Under the pieces are notes generated by a model, which was given only the letters and a program-made list of their open reading frames with translations, was not told the origin of the DNA and made no database searches. Source: Staphylococcus phage SpaA1. Taken from it: a stretch of 42,784 nt of DNA. The position numbers were made by a program, and so were the translations under genes. This document shows positions 9,613 to 20,097 of the stretch, piece by piece (the stretch's first letter is position 1; the number at the start of each line of letters is the position of its first letter). Where the stretch lies: sequence record HE614281.1; one strand, given 5' to 3'.

Positions 9613-9888
9613 ATGGAGTACATAAAGAGTTTGGATGCAGAAATAGTTATTAATTTGTATCTCACCGCAAAGAAAAAAGAGATGGACCGCATGTTATGGG
9701 AAGAATGGTGCGCCTTACAACCGTACTGTAATGAAACATTCCCTCAATTTAAACATAAGCGCGAAAATCCAACGCAAGAACAGGTAAAACAATACAACGA
9801 TTCAATCGAACAAACACCGAAACAGAAACTCACAAAAGAAGAAGTGTTTGCTCGTGTTGCAAAAATCCGCGGAAAGGCGGGTGAATAA
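9613..9888 (+). CDS. Tail assembly chaperone C-terminal extension (gpT-like), probably made by a -1 frameshift from 9149-9577
   Basis: This reading frame is open from 9544 and lies -1 relative to the upstream chaperone. A T6 tract (CTTTTTTCC, 9545-9553) sits in the 34-nt overlap; the first ATG is 9613. Confidence 0.5.
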   Translation: MEYIKSLDAEIVINLYLTAKKKEMDRMLWEEWCALQPYCNETFPQFKHKRENPTQEQVKQYNDSIEQTPKQKLTKEEVFARVAKIRGKAGE

Positions 9889-12828
9889 ATGGAATTATTT
9901 AAGATGTTTGGGTCAATTTTCTTAAAGGATGATCAGTTACAAAGAGGATTGGCTAATGCAGAAAGAAGCGGGCAAAGGACCACAGGTATCTTAGGTCGTG
10001 GATTTGGTCAAGTTGGTGCTGCGGCAGCTGGTTTAGGTTCTTCTGTTGGTGGAGCTGCTATAGCTATGGGCGGATTAGTCGGCATCGCTGTCGGTGTCGG
10101 TGCCGCAGTTGCTGGTGTAGTTCATGTTGGTTCTGAGTACACAAAACAAATGTCAAAGGTAGAAGCTCTTTCGCGTTCGAACGGACTACAAATGGCTGAG
10201 CTTGGGGCTAACGCTCGTAAACTTGGTGCTGATACCAGATGGTCTGCTACCAACGTAGCCGAGGCCTATGAATATATGGCTCTCGCAGGTTGGGATTCTA
10301 ACCAAATGATTGCAGCTAGTAAACCACTACTTGATTTAGCAACTGCTGGTGCATTAGACCTTGCAAAGGCTTCTGATATCGTAACAGATACAATGACACC
10401 ATTCGGAATGAAGGCTTCTGAAGCAGGAAGAGCGGCCGATGTATTCGCGTTAGCCCAAGCGACTGCCAACTTAAATGTTGAACAACTCGGCGAGACCATG
10501 AAATACGCAGCTCCTGTAGCTGCTACATTCGGTTTAAACATCGAACAAACGGCAGCAATTGCTCAAATATTTGCAAATAACGGTATCAAAGCTTCTATGG
10601 CTGGTACTGCATTACGTGCCGGATTATCTCGTTTAGCTGCCCCGCCGAAAGAAGCAGCTAAATCATTATCAGCATTAAATGTAACTGTAAAGGATTCACA
10701 AGGTAATTTAAAACCAATGAATGAAATTATCGGTCAATTACACGATGGGTTCGGGAAGTTAACTGACGCTCAACAAATCGCTGCTGCAAAAGCAATCTTC
10801 GGTGAAGAAGCGTATGCAGGATGGATTCAAGTTATTAAAGGTGGTAAACCTGCCTTTGATGATATGGTAAATACCCTCGAAACTGCTGAAGGCTCTGCAA
10901 AGGTTATGGCTGAAACAATGGCAAATAACTTATCAGGTGCAGTTGATGGCGTTAAATCACAATTAGAAAATTTAGGACTTGTTGTTTTCTCGCATGTTGA
11001 ACCAGCACTTGTTGCAATGACAAACGGAACAAATAGTGCTGTTAAATCTCTTACTGACTGGCTTGATCCATCTGGTAGAGCTGTTGAAGCAGCTAAGCTA
11101 ATGCAACAAACTGATCAGCAGTTAGCTCAATCTAAAGCCATTCTTGATATGAATCTCAAAAAAGGGAAGATAACGCAAGAAGAGTATAATGAAAAACTTG
11201 CTTTATCTAAGAAGCACGCTGAAGATATGATGAATGCCGATGGTATGTTAGCTCAGAAAAAAGAAGAGTTAAAAATGAAGGTCGAGGAAGGGACCATGAC
11301 TCAAGAAGAAGCCAATAAAATCCTCGACCAATCTGAAGTTGAATACCAGAAACTTCAACAGGGTATTGAGCAAACTCGCCAACGTCAAGAAGCGATGAAT
11401 AAAGTATTCGAACCACTTCGTGATGCAATTGGAATCATCCAACAAGTTGGCGCTGCTATCGAGCAATTCTGGATTGCTGCAACTGGGGATAGGAATGCGC
11501 TAGTTGAAGGTTATGACATCCTTACTAAACTAGGGTTTTCAGCTAATGCAATTCAGTTTATACAAGAAACTACAGCGGCAGTGCAATATGGTGTAGAAAC
11601 TATGAAAGCTCTCGTATCTGGTGATTGGGGAGCTGCTAGTAATTTATTGGATAAGTTAGGGTTTTCTCCAGAACAAAAAGTGGATATTATCATGTTCGTT
11701 CAGGATGTACATGCCCAATTAAGTAGTTTTATAGAAAATGTACAATCTCTAATCTCAGCTGCTGCTCCTGTAATTATGGGAATAATCGGGGCTACTTGGG
11801 ATTTTATTAAAGGTGTATTCAATACAATAGCTCCTTACTTAATGCCTTTATTAACAGATGTGATGTCATTTGTGAACGGGATTATAGCAAAGATTGCGGC
11901 GTTTTGGAAAGAAAACGGGGATCAGATTGTCCAAGCTGTAAAAAATGCATTTGATCTTATAAAAGGCATTATTGAATTTGTAATGCCTGTTGTTCTATTC
12001 ATTATTGAAGATGTATGGGGAAACATAAAAGGCGTTATAAATGGGGCCTTAGATATCATCTTAGGGACAATTAAACTATTTTCTTCCTTGCTGACTGGTG
12101 ATTGGACCGGCGTATGGGATGCCATTAAACAGATTTTATCAGGAGCATGGGAATTCATTTGGAATTTCATTCAAATATGGGGTGTTGGAAAGGTACTTGG
12201 CATCATTGGCAAAATAGGCAGCAAAATGAAAGGGCTGTTTGGAGAAGCTTGGGATGGTGTAAAGAAGGTATTCTCTGACATGTTCGAGGGTATTTTTAAA
12301 AGCTCAGGAGACACCCTTACAGTGATAAAAGAAGTATTCGGAAAAGTGAAAGATGCAATCGCAACCCCATTTAAAAATGCTTGGGAAGGTGTTATGGAGT
12401 GGATTGATAAAATCAAAACAGGCGTTAAGAACATGTTTAGTGGTGTTCATATTCCTGTTCCGAAGATTAATATAAACGGATCATTAAACCCAGCGCGTTG
12501 GGCTGATGAAGGTTTGCCATCTTTCGACGTCAAATGGGCAGCGAATGGCGCTTTAATTAAACCGGGTAATCCGACATTGATTGGTGTTGGTGATGCAAGA
12601 GGATATGATGAAACAGTTTTACCGCTTCGCAAACAAACATTCGACGCGATTGCTAACGGAATAATGGGGTCTCTACCATTAACTCAACAAGCTGGAGCAC
12701 AACAATATGCATCACAAGGTCCAACTATTTTGCAAGTTAATTTAAACGGCAGAGAAATAGCAAAGGAAATCTACTCAGATGTTAGTAAGTTTCAAGAAAG
12801 CGAGAAAGAAAGATTGAAAGTATTTTAG
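9889..12828 (+). CDS. Tail tape measure protein
   Basis: 979 aa; Gly-rich hydrophobic N-terminal segment, long helical regions, W/F-rich repeats; canonical position. Confidence 0.9.
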   Translation: MELFKMFGSIFLKDDQLQRGLANAERSGQRTTGILGRGFGQVGAAAAGLGSSVGGAAIAMGGLVGIAVGVGAAVAGVVHVGSEYTKQMSKVEALSRSNGLQMAELGANARKLGADTRWSATNVAEAYEYMALAGWDSNQMIAASKPLLDLATAGALDLAKASDIVTDTMTPFGMKASEAGRAADVFALAQATANLNVEQLGETMKYAAPVAATFGLNIEQTAAIAQIFANNGIKASMAGTALRAGLSRLAAPPKEAAKSLSALNVTVKDSQGNLKPMNEIIGQLHDGFGKLTDAQQIAAAKAIFGEEAYAGWIQVIKGGKPAFDDMVNTLETAEGSAKVMAETMANNLSGAVDGVKSQLENLGLVVFSHVEPALVAMTNGTNSAVKSLTDWLDPSGRAVEAAKLMQQTDQQLAQSKAILDMNLKKGKITQEEYNEKLALSKKHAEDMMNADGMLAQKKEELKMKVEEGTMTQEEANKILDQSEVEYQKLQQGIEQTRQRQEAMNKVFEPLRDAIGIIQQVGAAIEQFWIAATGDRNALVEGYDILTKLGFSANAIQFIQETTAAVQYGVETMKALVSGDWGAASNLLDKLGFSPEQKVDIIMFVQDVHAQLSSFIENVQSLISAAAPVIMGIIGATWDFIKGVFNTIAPYLMPLLTDVMSFVNGIIAKIAAFWKENGDQIVQAVKNAFDLIKGIIEFVMPVVLFIIEDVWGNIKGVINGALDIILGTIKLFSSLLTGDWTGVWDAIKQILSGAWEFIWNFIQIWGVGKVLGIIGKIGSKMKGLFGEAWDGVKKVFSDMFEGIFKSSGDTLTVIKEVFGKVKDAIATPFKNAWEGVMEWIDKIKTGVKNMFSGVHIPVPKININGSLNPARWADEGLPSFDVKWAANGALIKPGNPTLIGVGDARGYDETVLPLRKQTFDAIANGIMGSLPLTQQAGAQQYASQGPTILQVNLNGREIAKEIYSDVSKFQESEKERLKVF

Positions 12829-12840
12829 GTAGGTGATGAT

Positions 12841-14319
12841 ATGACTGGAATCAGTTTCTTTAGTTTTAACGGGAAAAGAAATTCAAATGTAATCCCATTG
12901 CAGGGTAAAAAACGCCCTGCATGGGCTCCTTTGGAACGTACATTCCTTGAAGTCCCTCACTATCCAGGTGGGCGTTTGATAAGAACACAAACAAAAATGA
13001 GAAAAATAATTATACCGGTTGCATTATTTTATGAATCTATGGAAGAGGCTGAAAAGTTAAAGGAAGAAATAGCTAATTGGCTTATTACAGATCAACCTCA
13101 AGAACTGATCTTTGATGATGAAAAAGATCGCACGTATTTGGCCCTTATTGATGAATCGTTTGACCCACAGCAATTAGTGAATTTAGGAGAAGGAGTCCTT
13201 ACTTTTGTTTGTGAAATGCCATATAAGTTAGGACCTACTAAAACGGTAGAATTTGAAATGGATGGACGTGGGTTAATAGCAAATGTTCAAAATAAAGGTA
13301 CTGTTCATTCTAATCCTATAATTGAGATTGAAATTACGAAACCGAACACTTTTTTAGATGTATGGTTTGGTGGGGTATCTTTAAGTGATCGAGATTATTT
13401 TCGTATTGGGATGCCGCTAAAAACTGTGGAAAAGCCTGTAGAAAGGAATCAAAGGCTTATATGGGATGAAATGGCCACTACGGTCGGATGGAGTAAAGTC
13501 AGCTCAATGGAAGATGGGGAACCGGTTGGTGAAATGAAATCAGATAAATATCAATTTTATTGTTCTGATTTTGGAACGGGAAAAGGATGGCACGGTGCAG
13601 CTGTTAAAAAAAGTATCCCTGGTGGCCCAGTAGAAGATTTTATCATGCAAGCTTACGTTACTTGTAAGAGCAAGAAAATCAATGAAATGGGACGAGTTGA
13701 GATAGCGATACTCGATGAAAACAGTAAAGTTCTTTCAAAAATTGCCATGAACGATCTCTATTGGCAAGCCGAACAAAATTTTGGAACGATGGTTATTGGA
13801 TACGATAACAAACCAGGAAAAACAGGTTTAATTTATGAGAGTGGTGATTATCCAAATACATGGAATCAGTATTATGGTAGGTTGTGGATTGCTAGGACCG
13901 GAAATGTATGGGAGGCTTATATTTCAAAATTTCTTCCTGGAACAGAAAAAGATGGTTCAGAACGCTTTGCGAGATGGACTGATAAAGACAATAAGCATAT
14001 GGAAAAAGCAGCTCAAATCCAGATTAGTATCATGCAGTGGCAAGATGTACCACCAGTAGAAGCGATGACAGTTTCTGATTTGAAATTTTGGAAAGTAAAT
14101 TTAAATAATCAAAATACACCACCTTATATATTCGATGTTGGTGATAAAGTAGTGATCGATACAGAGAACACTCACGTCAGTATTGAAGGGAAAAACGCGA
14201 TTAACATAAAAGAGTTTTTCAGTAATTTTCCTGTTATTAATAAAGGTGCTAATATAATCGAAATTATGCCATCTGATATTGGAACAGCAAAGGTTACATA
14301 TAGGGAGCGTTTTAGATGA
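12841..14319 (+). CDS. Distal tail protein (Dit) with an internal insertion domain
   Basis: 492 aa directly after the tape measure gene and before the Tal gene; its size implies an evolved Dit with an extra domain. Confidence 0.7.
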   Translation: MTGISFFSFNGKRNSNVIPLQGKKRPAWAPLERTFLEVPHYPGGRLIRTQTKMRKIIIPVALFYESMEEAEKLKEEIANWLITDQPQELIFDDEKDRTYLALIDESFDPQQLVNLGEGVLTFVCEMPYKLGPTKTVEFEMDGRGLIANVQNKGTVHSNPIIEIEITKPNTFLDVWFGGVSLSDRDYFRIGMPLKTVEKPVERNQRLIWDEMATTVGWSKVSSMEDGEPVGEMKSDKYQFYCSDFGTGKGWHGAAVKKSIPGGPVEDFIMQAYVTCKSKKINEMGRVEIAILDENSKVLSKIAMNDLYWQAEQNFGTMVIGYDNKPGKTGLIYESGDYPNTWNQYYGRLWIARTGNVWEAYISKFLPGTEKDGSERFARWTDKDNKHMEKAAQIQISIMQWQDVPPVEAMTVSDLKFWKVNLNNQNTPPYIFDVGDKVVIDTENTHVSIEGKNAINIKEFFSNFPVINKGANIIEIMPSDIGTAKVTYRERFR

Positions 14320-17300
14320 GAACACCAAGTGGATTACTTCATGTTGTTGATTTTAAAACAGATCAAATTATATCAGCTATTCAACCAAAAGATTACTGGG
14401 CTGATAACCGTCATTGGGAAATCAAAAATAACATTGATATATTTGATTTTACAACTTTTGACGGCACTCCACATGCAATTACATTACAACAGCAGAACTT
14501 GGTTTTAAAGGAAGTACGAGATGGTCGCATTGTTCCGTATGTTATTAACAATGAAGTAGAAAAAGATTCAAATGATAGATCTTTAACTGTACACTCGTCT
14601 GGTGCTTGGGTTCAAATAGCGAAAGATGGGATTATTAAACCTCAACGTATAGAGAGCGAAACAGTTAATACGTTTATTGATATCGCTCTTGCCGATTCAA
14701 AATGGCAACGTGGAATAACGGATTATTCTTCATTCCACACTATGACTATCGACGAATTTATTGATCCTCTCACTTTTTTAAAGAAAATTGCTTCTTTGTT
14801 TGAGTTAGAAATCCAATATCGCGTCGAAGTAATGGGTTCCAAGATTACCGGCTGGTACGTAGATATGATAAAGAAGCGAGGGCGAGAAACTGGCAAGGAA
14901 GTAACTCTAGGAAAAGATTTAGTTGAGGTTAGAAGAATTGAACATTCTAGAGATATTTGCACAGCACTTGTCGGATTTGTACGAGGTGAAGGTGACAAAC
15001 TTATCACGGTGGAGAGCATAAATAAAGGACTACCTTACATCGTCGATAATGACGCATTTCAGCGATGGAATGCGCATGGTAAACATAAATTTGGTTTCTA
15101 CACTCCAGAAACAGAAGATCAAAATATGACACCAGAGCGGCTTATGACTCTCATGAAAACAGAATTAAGGAAACGAGTCAATACTTCCGTTTCTTATGTA
15201 GTAGAAGCACAATCGATTGGACGTATTTTCGGACTAGCACATGAACTAATTAACGAGGGTGATACAATCCGAATCAAAGATACAGGCTTCACTCCTAAGT
15301 TATACCTAGAAGCACGTGTAATTGCTGGTGATGAATCTTTTACGGATCCTACACAGGATAAATATGTGTTTGGTGATTATCGTGAACTTACTGATCCGAA
15401 CGAGGAATTAAAAAAGATTTACAATCGAATCCTTAGTAAATTCGGTGAGAAACAAGAAATACTGGATCAGTTAGATAAATTAGTGAAAGATGCAAATGAA
15501 ACAGCTAGTGATGCTAAGAAAGAATCCGAAGCAGCGAAAACATTGGCTGAAAAAGTACAAGAGAATCTTAAAAATAACACGGTAGACATCATTGAAGCAA
15601 AGAATCCACCGACAACAGGGCTTAGACCTTATAAGACACTTTGGCGTGATATTAGCAATGGAAAGCCTGGTATTTTGAAAATATGGACAGGCGCAGCTTG
15701 GGAATCGGTCGTACCTGATGTTGATTCAGTTAAGAAAGAAACGTTGGAACAGGTGACAAAAGATATTAATGCTAGTGCGGAAAAGCTAGATGCTAGAGTT
15801 AAAGAAGCTGAAACGAAAGCAGACAATCTACAAAAAGACTTCAATGCTGTTAAAGGAGAACAAGAAAGAGTCAGTCAGGTAACTAAGGCGCTTGAAGAAA
15901 GTGACGAGGCAACTAAAGAAACAATCACACGTATACAAGGTACTCAAGAAGATATGAACAAAACAATCGTTGAGACTACAAAAGGCGTTGAAGGGCTACA
16001 AAGTACTGTATCCGATATTAAAAAAGATCAAAACGGTATTACAGATCGTGTAGTAAAAACAGAACAAAACATTAACGGTATTTCCAGTTCCATTGAACAA
16101 ATCAACAAAACGTCATCACAAACAATTCAAAAGTTAAATAAAGTTGAAGAAGATGCAAATGGAACAAAGCAAACCATCGAACGAATCGAAAAGAATGTAA
16201 ATAACCTTGATGATGATGTTATCAACCTTGTAAGAGGAACTAAGACGTTAACAACTAACGAAGAATTATCTTTAAAAGGTGCTCGCCTATCTGTTATTAA
16301 GGACACGTACAATGGGAATGCTATCGCGCAAACTGATACAGAATGGCAAGGTATAGCCGTTAAACCCAGTGAATTAATCAAGCGAGGGAAAATAAAAATT
16401 GGTGATACTGTAACATTTTCTGTAACAGCTAGAATGATAGGTGGGGAATCTACACAAGTATTCTTTCCTAACAGTGCTGGTAAAACAACAGTTAATGGAG
16501 AATGGAAAAGAGTTTCGGTAACAATTCCAGTCGGATCTGATGCCGCTGATCCAAATGTTGTATATAGATTCGAAGCTGAATCAATACCTAAAGGCGCTTT
16601 ATACCAACAAACTTCACCTATGCTATCGTTAACTAAAAAAGTTTATCCGTGGAGACCTGCACCTGAAGACCAGGCAGACAGTAACGAATTTATCAAAGTT
16701 ACAACTGAAATTAAAGCAGAAGCTGGGAAAATCTCGACAAAGTTAGAACAGGTTGAGGCTCGTACTGTAGGCGTTGAAAACTGGCTAATCAATACAGGCC
16801 CAAACGAAAGACCTCAAACAATCGGGATGATTGGTGGCGCGGTGTTGAATAAAGTTACATCATTTGTTCAGCCTGGCGAATACGTAGCGATTGAATGTCA
16901 AGATCATACAGACGCCTTTTATCAATTCCATCTAGATAATACTAAGATAGGAGACTTTGAAAAAGGGAAAGATATAACAATATCTTTAGACATTCAAAAT
17001 GATGTGCTTTTAGATTTTATTTTATTCCAATACATCAACGGATCGTGGAGTGAGTCAGTACAAAAGCCTGTGCCAGCTAAAGACTGGCGTCGTGAGTCAT
17101 GGACGTTTAAAATCGATGTTCGTGCTACTGGTTGGGGATTTAGAATTCGTTTTGCTAGAAATGAAGCATCTAAAGGGAAAAGGTTTCGTTTCAAGAAAGC
17201 TAAACTAGAAAAGGGTTCTGTTCCAACAGACTTCAGCAAGTCAACATATGAATTAGAGCAAAGTGTGGATGGTGTAAAATCTACTGTAACTAAGGTGCAG

Positions 17301-19025
17301 GATAACCAAGCCGGATTTGATAAGCGTGTTGCTACTGTAGAAAAAGATGCAACTACCATTAAACAAAATGTCTCTTTCATACAAAATACGCAGACAGAAC
17401 AAGGAAGACAATTACAAGAGGCGAAAGCTGGTTGGGAAAATACTGCGAAAGCACTTGAAGGTAAAGTGGAGCTTAAACAAGTAGAGGATTATGTTGCTGG
17501 ATTTAAGATACCTGAGTTGAAGCAAACAGTTAATAAAAATAATCAAGATTTATTGGGCGAATTAGCTAACAAACTTGCAACTGAGCAATTTAATCAAAAA
17601 ATGACTTTGATTGATAACCGCTTTACTATCAATGAACAGGGTATCAATGCTTCGGCTAAAAAGACAGAGGTATATACAAAAGAACAAGCAAATGGGCAAT
17701 TTGCCACATCATCTTATGTAAGAGATATGGAAACCCGTCTTCAGTTAACTGAAAAGGGTGTTAGTATATCAGTAAAAGAAAATGATGTAATCGCAGCATT
17801 CAATATGAGTAAAGAAAACATTACTTTGAATGCGAACAGAATTAACTTAGTAGGTTTTATTACAGCAAATCATATCAAAGGAAAAGTTTTAGAAGGAGTA
17901 ACACTTAAAACGAGTGGAAACAGATTTGTTGAAATAAATAAACAAGACATGAAGATTTTTGATTTAGATAAGCCACGTGGTTATATAGGATTTATGGAAA
18001 CAAATGATGGAAGTATTCAACCTTCATTAGTCCTTGGTTCTGATAATAGAAAATACGCTGGTACAGGATCATTTTATATTTATCAAGTCATGCCGCGAAG
18101 TAATGGAGTCGATCAACCTTCTAAAGCATATGCAAAATTTGGGATTTCTAAAGGAGAAAATGCAGAAGGAACTAATATTTGGTCAAACTATATTCAAATG
18201 CATAATGACGGTGGACATCTGAGCGTATATTCAGATGGACAATTTCGTTTTCAAAACTTGAATAATATTATTTTTGAATCTGAAGGATGGGCTCCAGGAT
18301 ATGGTTACTTCTCTGTAACTACAACTGAGCCGCATATTTTTACAAATAACGCGGGGCAGTTTACTTTCAAAAGAAAAGGCAGTGACTATAAAATACATTT
18401 CATAAACGGCGCCACCGATCATGATTTAATCATGGGTAATGCAATGATAAGATCAAGTTTTGTACAAGGTTATAACAACGGATTACAGATTAAAGATATG
18501 ATGGGCCAAGGATGGAAAGATATAGAATTAAGAACACTGCGAGCTAAAGAAAATATATCTGCTACAGGACGTATGTGGGCGCAAGAATTTATCCCTAATT
18601 CTTCTCGTACGCTTAAAACGGACATAGAAGACCTTCCATTCTCTGCTTTAGATAAAATCAACTCTGTAAACATCAAACAGTATCACTTTATAAGAGATGT
18701 TGAACGCTTCGAGTCAGGGGAATCTATTACACTACCAATTAATTACGGTATGATTGCGGAGGACTCTGACGATGTATTCACCACACCACAAAAAGACGCT
18801 GTAACACTTTATAGCTCGGTTGCAATTTCTATTCAAGCAATACAAGAAGTTGACTTTAAAGTTAAAAATCTTCAATTTGACCACGGTATGTGGAAGCAGG
18901 AAGTTGACACTCTTAAAGAACAACTTGAAGCAGAAAAACTTGAGAAAGTTTCAATGAAAGCTGAAATTGATGAATTAAAGGTATTAGTACAACAATTAAT
19001 AAATGAGAAACCAGAGCAGCCATAA
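14316..19025 (+). CDS. Tail-associated lysin / tail fibre protein (Tal) with central coiled coil and C-terminal S74-type intramolecular chaperone domain
   Basis: 1569 aa; N-terminal approximately 380 aa is prophage tail endopeptidase-like; long heptad region approximately 15400-16250; C-terminal motif SSRTLKTDIEDLPFSALDKINSVNIKQYHF typical of auto-cleaving tail-fibre chaperone domains. Confidence 0.8.
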   Translation: MRTPSGLLHVVDFKTDQIISAIQPKDYWADNRHWEIKNNIDIFDFTTFDGTPHAITLQQQNLVLKEVRDGRIVPYVINNEVEKDSNDRSLTVHSSGAWVQIAKDGIIKPQRIESETVNTFIDIALADSKWQRGITDYSSFHTMTIDEFIDPLTFLKKIASLFELEIQYRVEVMGSKITGWYVDMIKKRGRETGKEVTLGKDLVEVRRIEHSRDICTALVGFVRGEGDKLITVESINKGLPYIVDNDAFQRWNAHGKHKFGFYTPETEDQNMTPERLMTLMKTELRKRVNTSVSYVVEAQSIGRIFGLAHELINEGDTIRIKDTGFTPKLYLEARVIAGDESFTDPTQDKYVFGDYRELTDPNEELKKIYNRILSKFGEKQEILDQLDKLVKDANETASDAKKESEAAKTLAEKVQENLKNNTVDIIEAKNPPTTGLRPYKTLWRDISNGKPGILKIWTGAAWESVVPDVDSVKKETLEQVTKDINASAEKLDARVKEAETKADNLQKDFNAVKGEQERVSQVTKALEESDEATKETITRIQGTQEDMNKTIVETTKGVEGLQSTVSDIKKDQNGITDRVVKTEQNINGISSSIEQINKTSSQTIQKLNKVEEDANGTKQTIERIEKNVNNLDDDVINLVRGTKTLTTNEELSLKGARLSVIKDTYNGNAIAQTDTEWQGIAVKPSELIKRGKIKIGDTVTFSVTARMIGGESTQVFFPNSAGKTTVNGEWKRVSVTIPVGSDAADPNVVYRFEAESIPKGALYQQTSPMLSLTKKVYPWRPAPEDQADSNEFIKVTTEIKAEAGKISTKLEQVEARTVGVENWLINTGPNERPQTIGMIGGAVLNKVTSFVQPGEYVAIECQDHTDAFYQFHLDNTKIGDFEKGKDITISLDIQNDVLLDFILFQYINGSWSESVQKPVPAKDWRRESWTFKIDVRATGWGFRIRFARNEASKGKRFRFKKAKLEKGSVPTDFSKSTYELEQSVDGVKSTVTKVQDNQAGFDKRVATVEKDATTIKQNVSFIQNTQTEQGRQLQEAKAGWENTAKALEGKVELKQVEDYVAGFKIPELKQTVNKNNQDLLGELANKLATEQFNQKMTLIDNRFTINEQGINASAKKTEVYTKEQANGQFATSSYVRDMETRLQLTEKGVSISVKENDVIAAFNMSKENITLNANRINLVGFITANHIKGKVLEGVTLKTSGNRFVEINKQDMKIFDLDKPRGYIGFMETNDGSIQPSLVLGSDNRKYAGTGSFYIYQVMPRSNGVDQPSKAYAKFGISKGENAEGTNIWSNYIQMHNDGGHLSVYSDGQFRFQNLNNIIFESEGWAPGYGYFSVTTTEPHIFTNNAGQFTFKRKGSDYKIHFINGATDHDLIMGNAMIRSSFVQGYNNGLQIKDMMGQGWKDIELRTLRAKENISATGRMWAQEFIPNSSRTLKTDIEDLPFSALDKINSVNIKQYHFIRDVERFESGESITLPINYGMIAEDSDDVFTTPQKDAVTLYSSVAISIQAIQEVDFKVKNLQFDHGMWKQEVDTLKEQLEAEKLEKVSMKAEIDELKVLVQQLINEKPEQP

Positions 19026-19115
19026 GCTGTTTTTTATTTTGCGCAAAGTACGGCTTTGAATAAATTCAAATCATAGATCAAGAGGGGCGATATCGCTTCT
19101 CTTTATTTTGAGGAG

Positions 19116-20084
19116 ATGATTAGTGTGAAACGAATAGTAGACCAAGCAATTTACGAAAAGCATGTTAGCCAAGGAAATAAAAACCTAGTCAAAGATTTTC
19201 TGATTGAAAAGAAAGCACAAGGAAAAGCGGCAAGCACTTTAAAGCAATACGGTTGGGATTTACGAATTATTTTGTTTCTAATACATCAACACTTCGGAAA
19301 TAAAAATCTTATTGATTTAACGCGTAAAGATATTCGAAATTTATCTATTATTTTTCAAGATATGAGGATGTCTAATGCTCGTGTGAACGGATTAATGAGT
19401 GCATTAAGGTCCGCGTTAGAGTTTTGTGCGGATGATGATGACTATGATTATGAATTTAATGTAGGTTCACGGGTACGTGGTTTACCTAAGAATCCAGTTA
19501 GAGAAATCACTTTTATAACAGAAGAACAAATTGAGTGGTTAATCGATGAGCTAATAGCACAAGAAAGATATATGTTAGCAACGTATTTAGCACTTTCTTA
19601 TTACAGTGCAGCTAGAAAGAATGAGGTATACCAGGTTCAAAAAGAAGGGCTGACAGAACAATATTATACAAATGTGGTACGAGGAAAACGGGGTAAGAAG
19701 TTTAGATTATATTACAATCACCGGGTGCAGAAATGCATTCGTTTATATATAAATCAGCGAGGTAAGGATACTATTCCAGATTTGTTTGTGCGTGTGTATA
19801 AGAATGGTGAGAGAAAGAGATTGAACAAGAGTGTATTTAATTATTGGTGCGATATATTTGCTAAGATGCTGAACGAAAAGGAAGGGAAGGAATTTAAAAT
19901 GAATCCTCACTGTTTTCGACATAGCAGATTAGATAACTTGAAAGTACAAGGCGTACCACTTGAAAAACTAAAATCACTCGCCAATCATTCTGACATCTCA
20001 ACTACGGAGTCTTATCTAAAAGATAGAAGCGAAGAAGATATTGCAGAAATATTTGGAATGGATCCAAGTTACTTTGCAGCATAA
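19116..20084 (+). CDS. Tyrosine site-specific recombinase (XerC/XerD-like, no N-terminal arm-binding domain)
   Basis: 322 aa; core-binding region; catalytic ARKNE (Arg), HCFRHSR (His-x-x-Arg), and Tyr nucleophile in TTESYL. Confidence 0.8.
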   Translation: MISVKRIVDQAIYEKHVSQGNKNLVKDFLIEKKAQGKAASTLKQYGWDLRIILFLIHQHFGNKNLIDLTRKDIRNLSIIFQDMRMSNARVNGLMSALRSALEFCADDDDYDYEFNVGSRVRGLPKNPVREITFITEEQIEWLIDELIAQERYMLATYLALSYYSAARKNEVYQVQKEGLTEQYYTNVVRGKRGKKFRLYYNHRVQKCIRLYINQRGKDTIPDLFVRVYKNGERKRLNKSVFNYWCDIFAKMLNEKEGKEFKMNPHCFRHSRLDNLKVQGVPLEKLKSLANHSDISTTESYLKDRSEEDIAEIFGMDPSYFAA

Positions 20085-20097
20085 AAGGAGTGAAGAA

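Noticed and set aside
10266-12632. Several minus-strand ORFs (61-91 aa) inside the tape measure gene, and similar ones inside the tail fibre gene (14723-18923)
   Set aside because: They are fully embedded antisense to long, well-supported structural genes, lack RBSs, and have low-complexity translations; they are typical spurious antisense ORFs.
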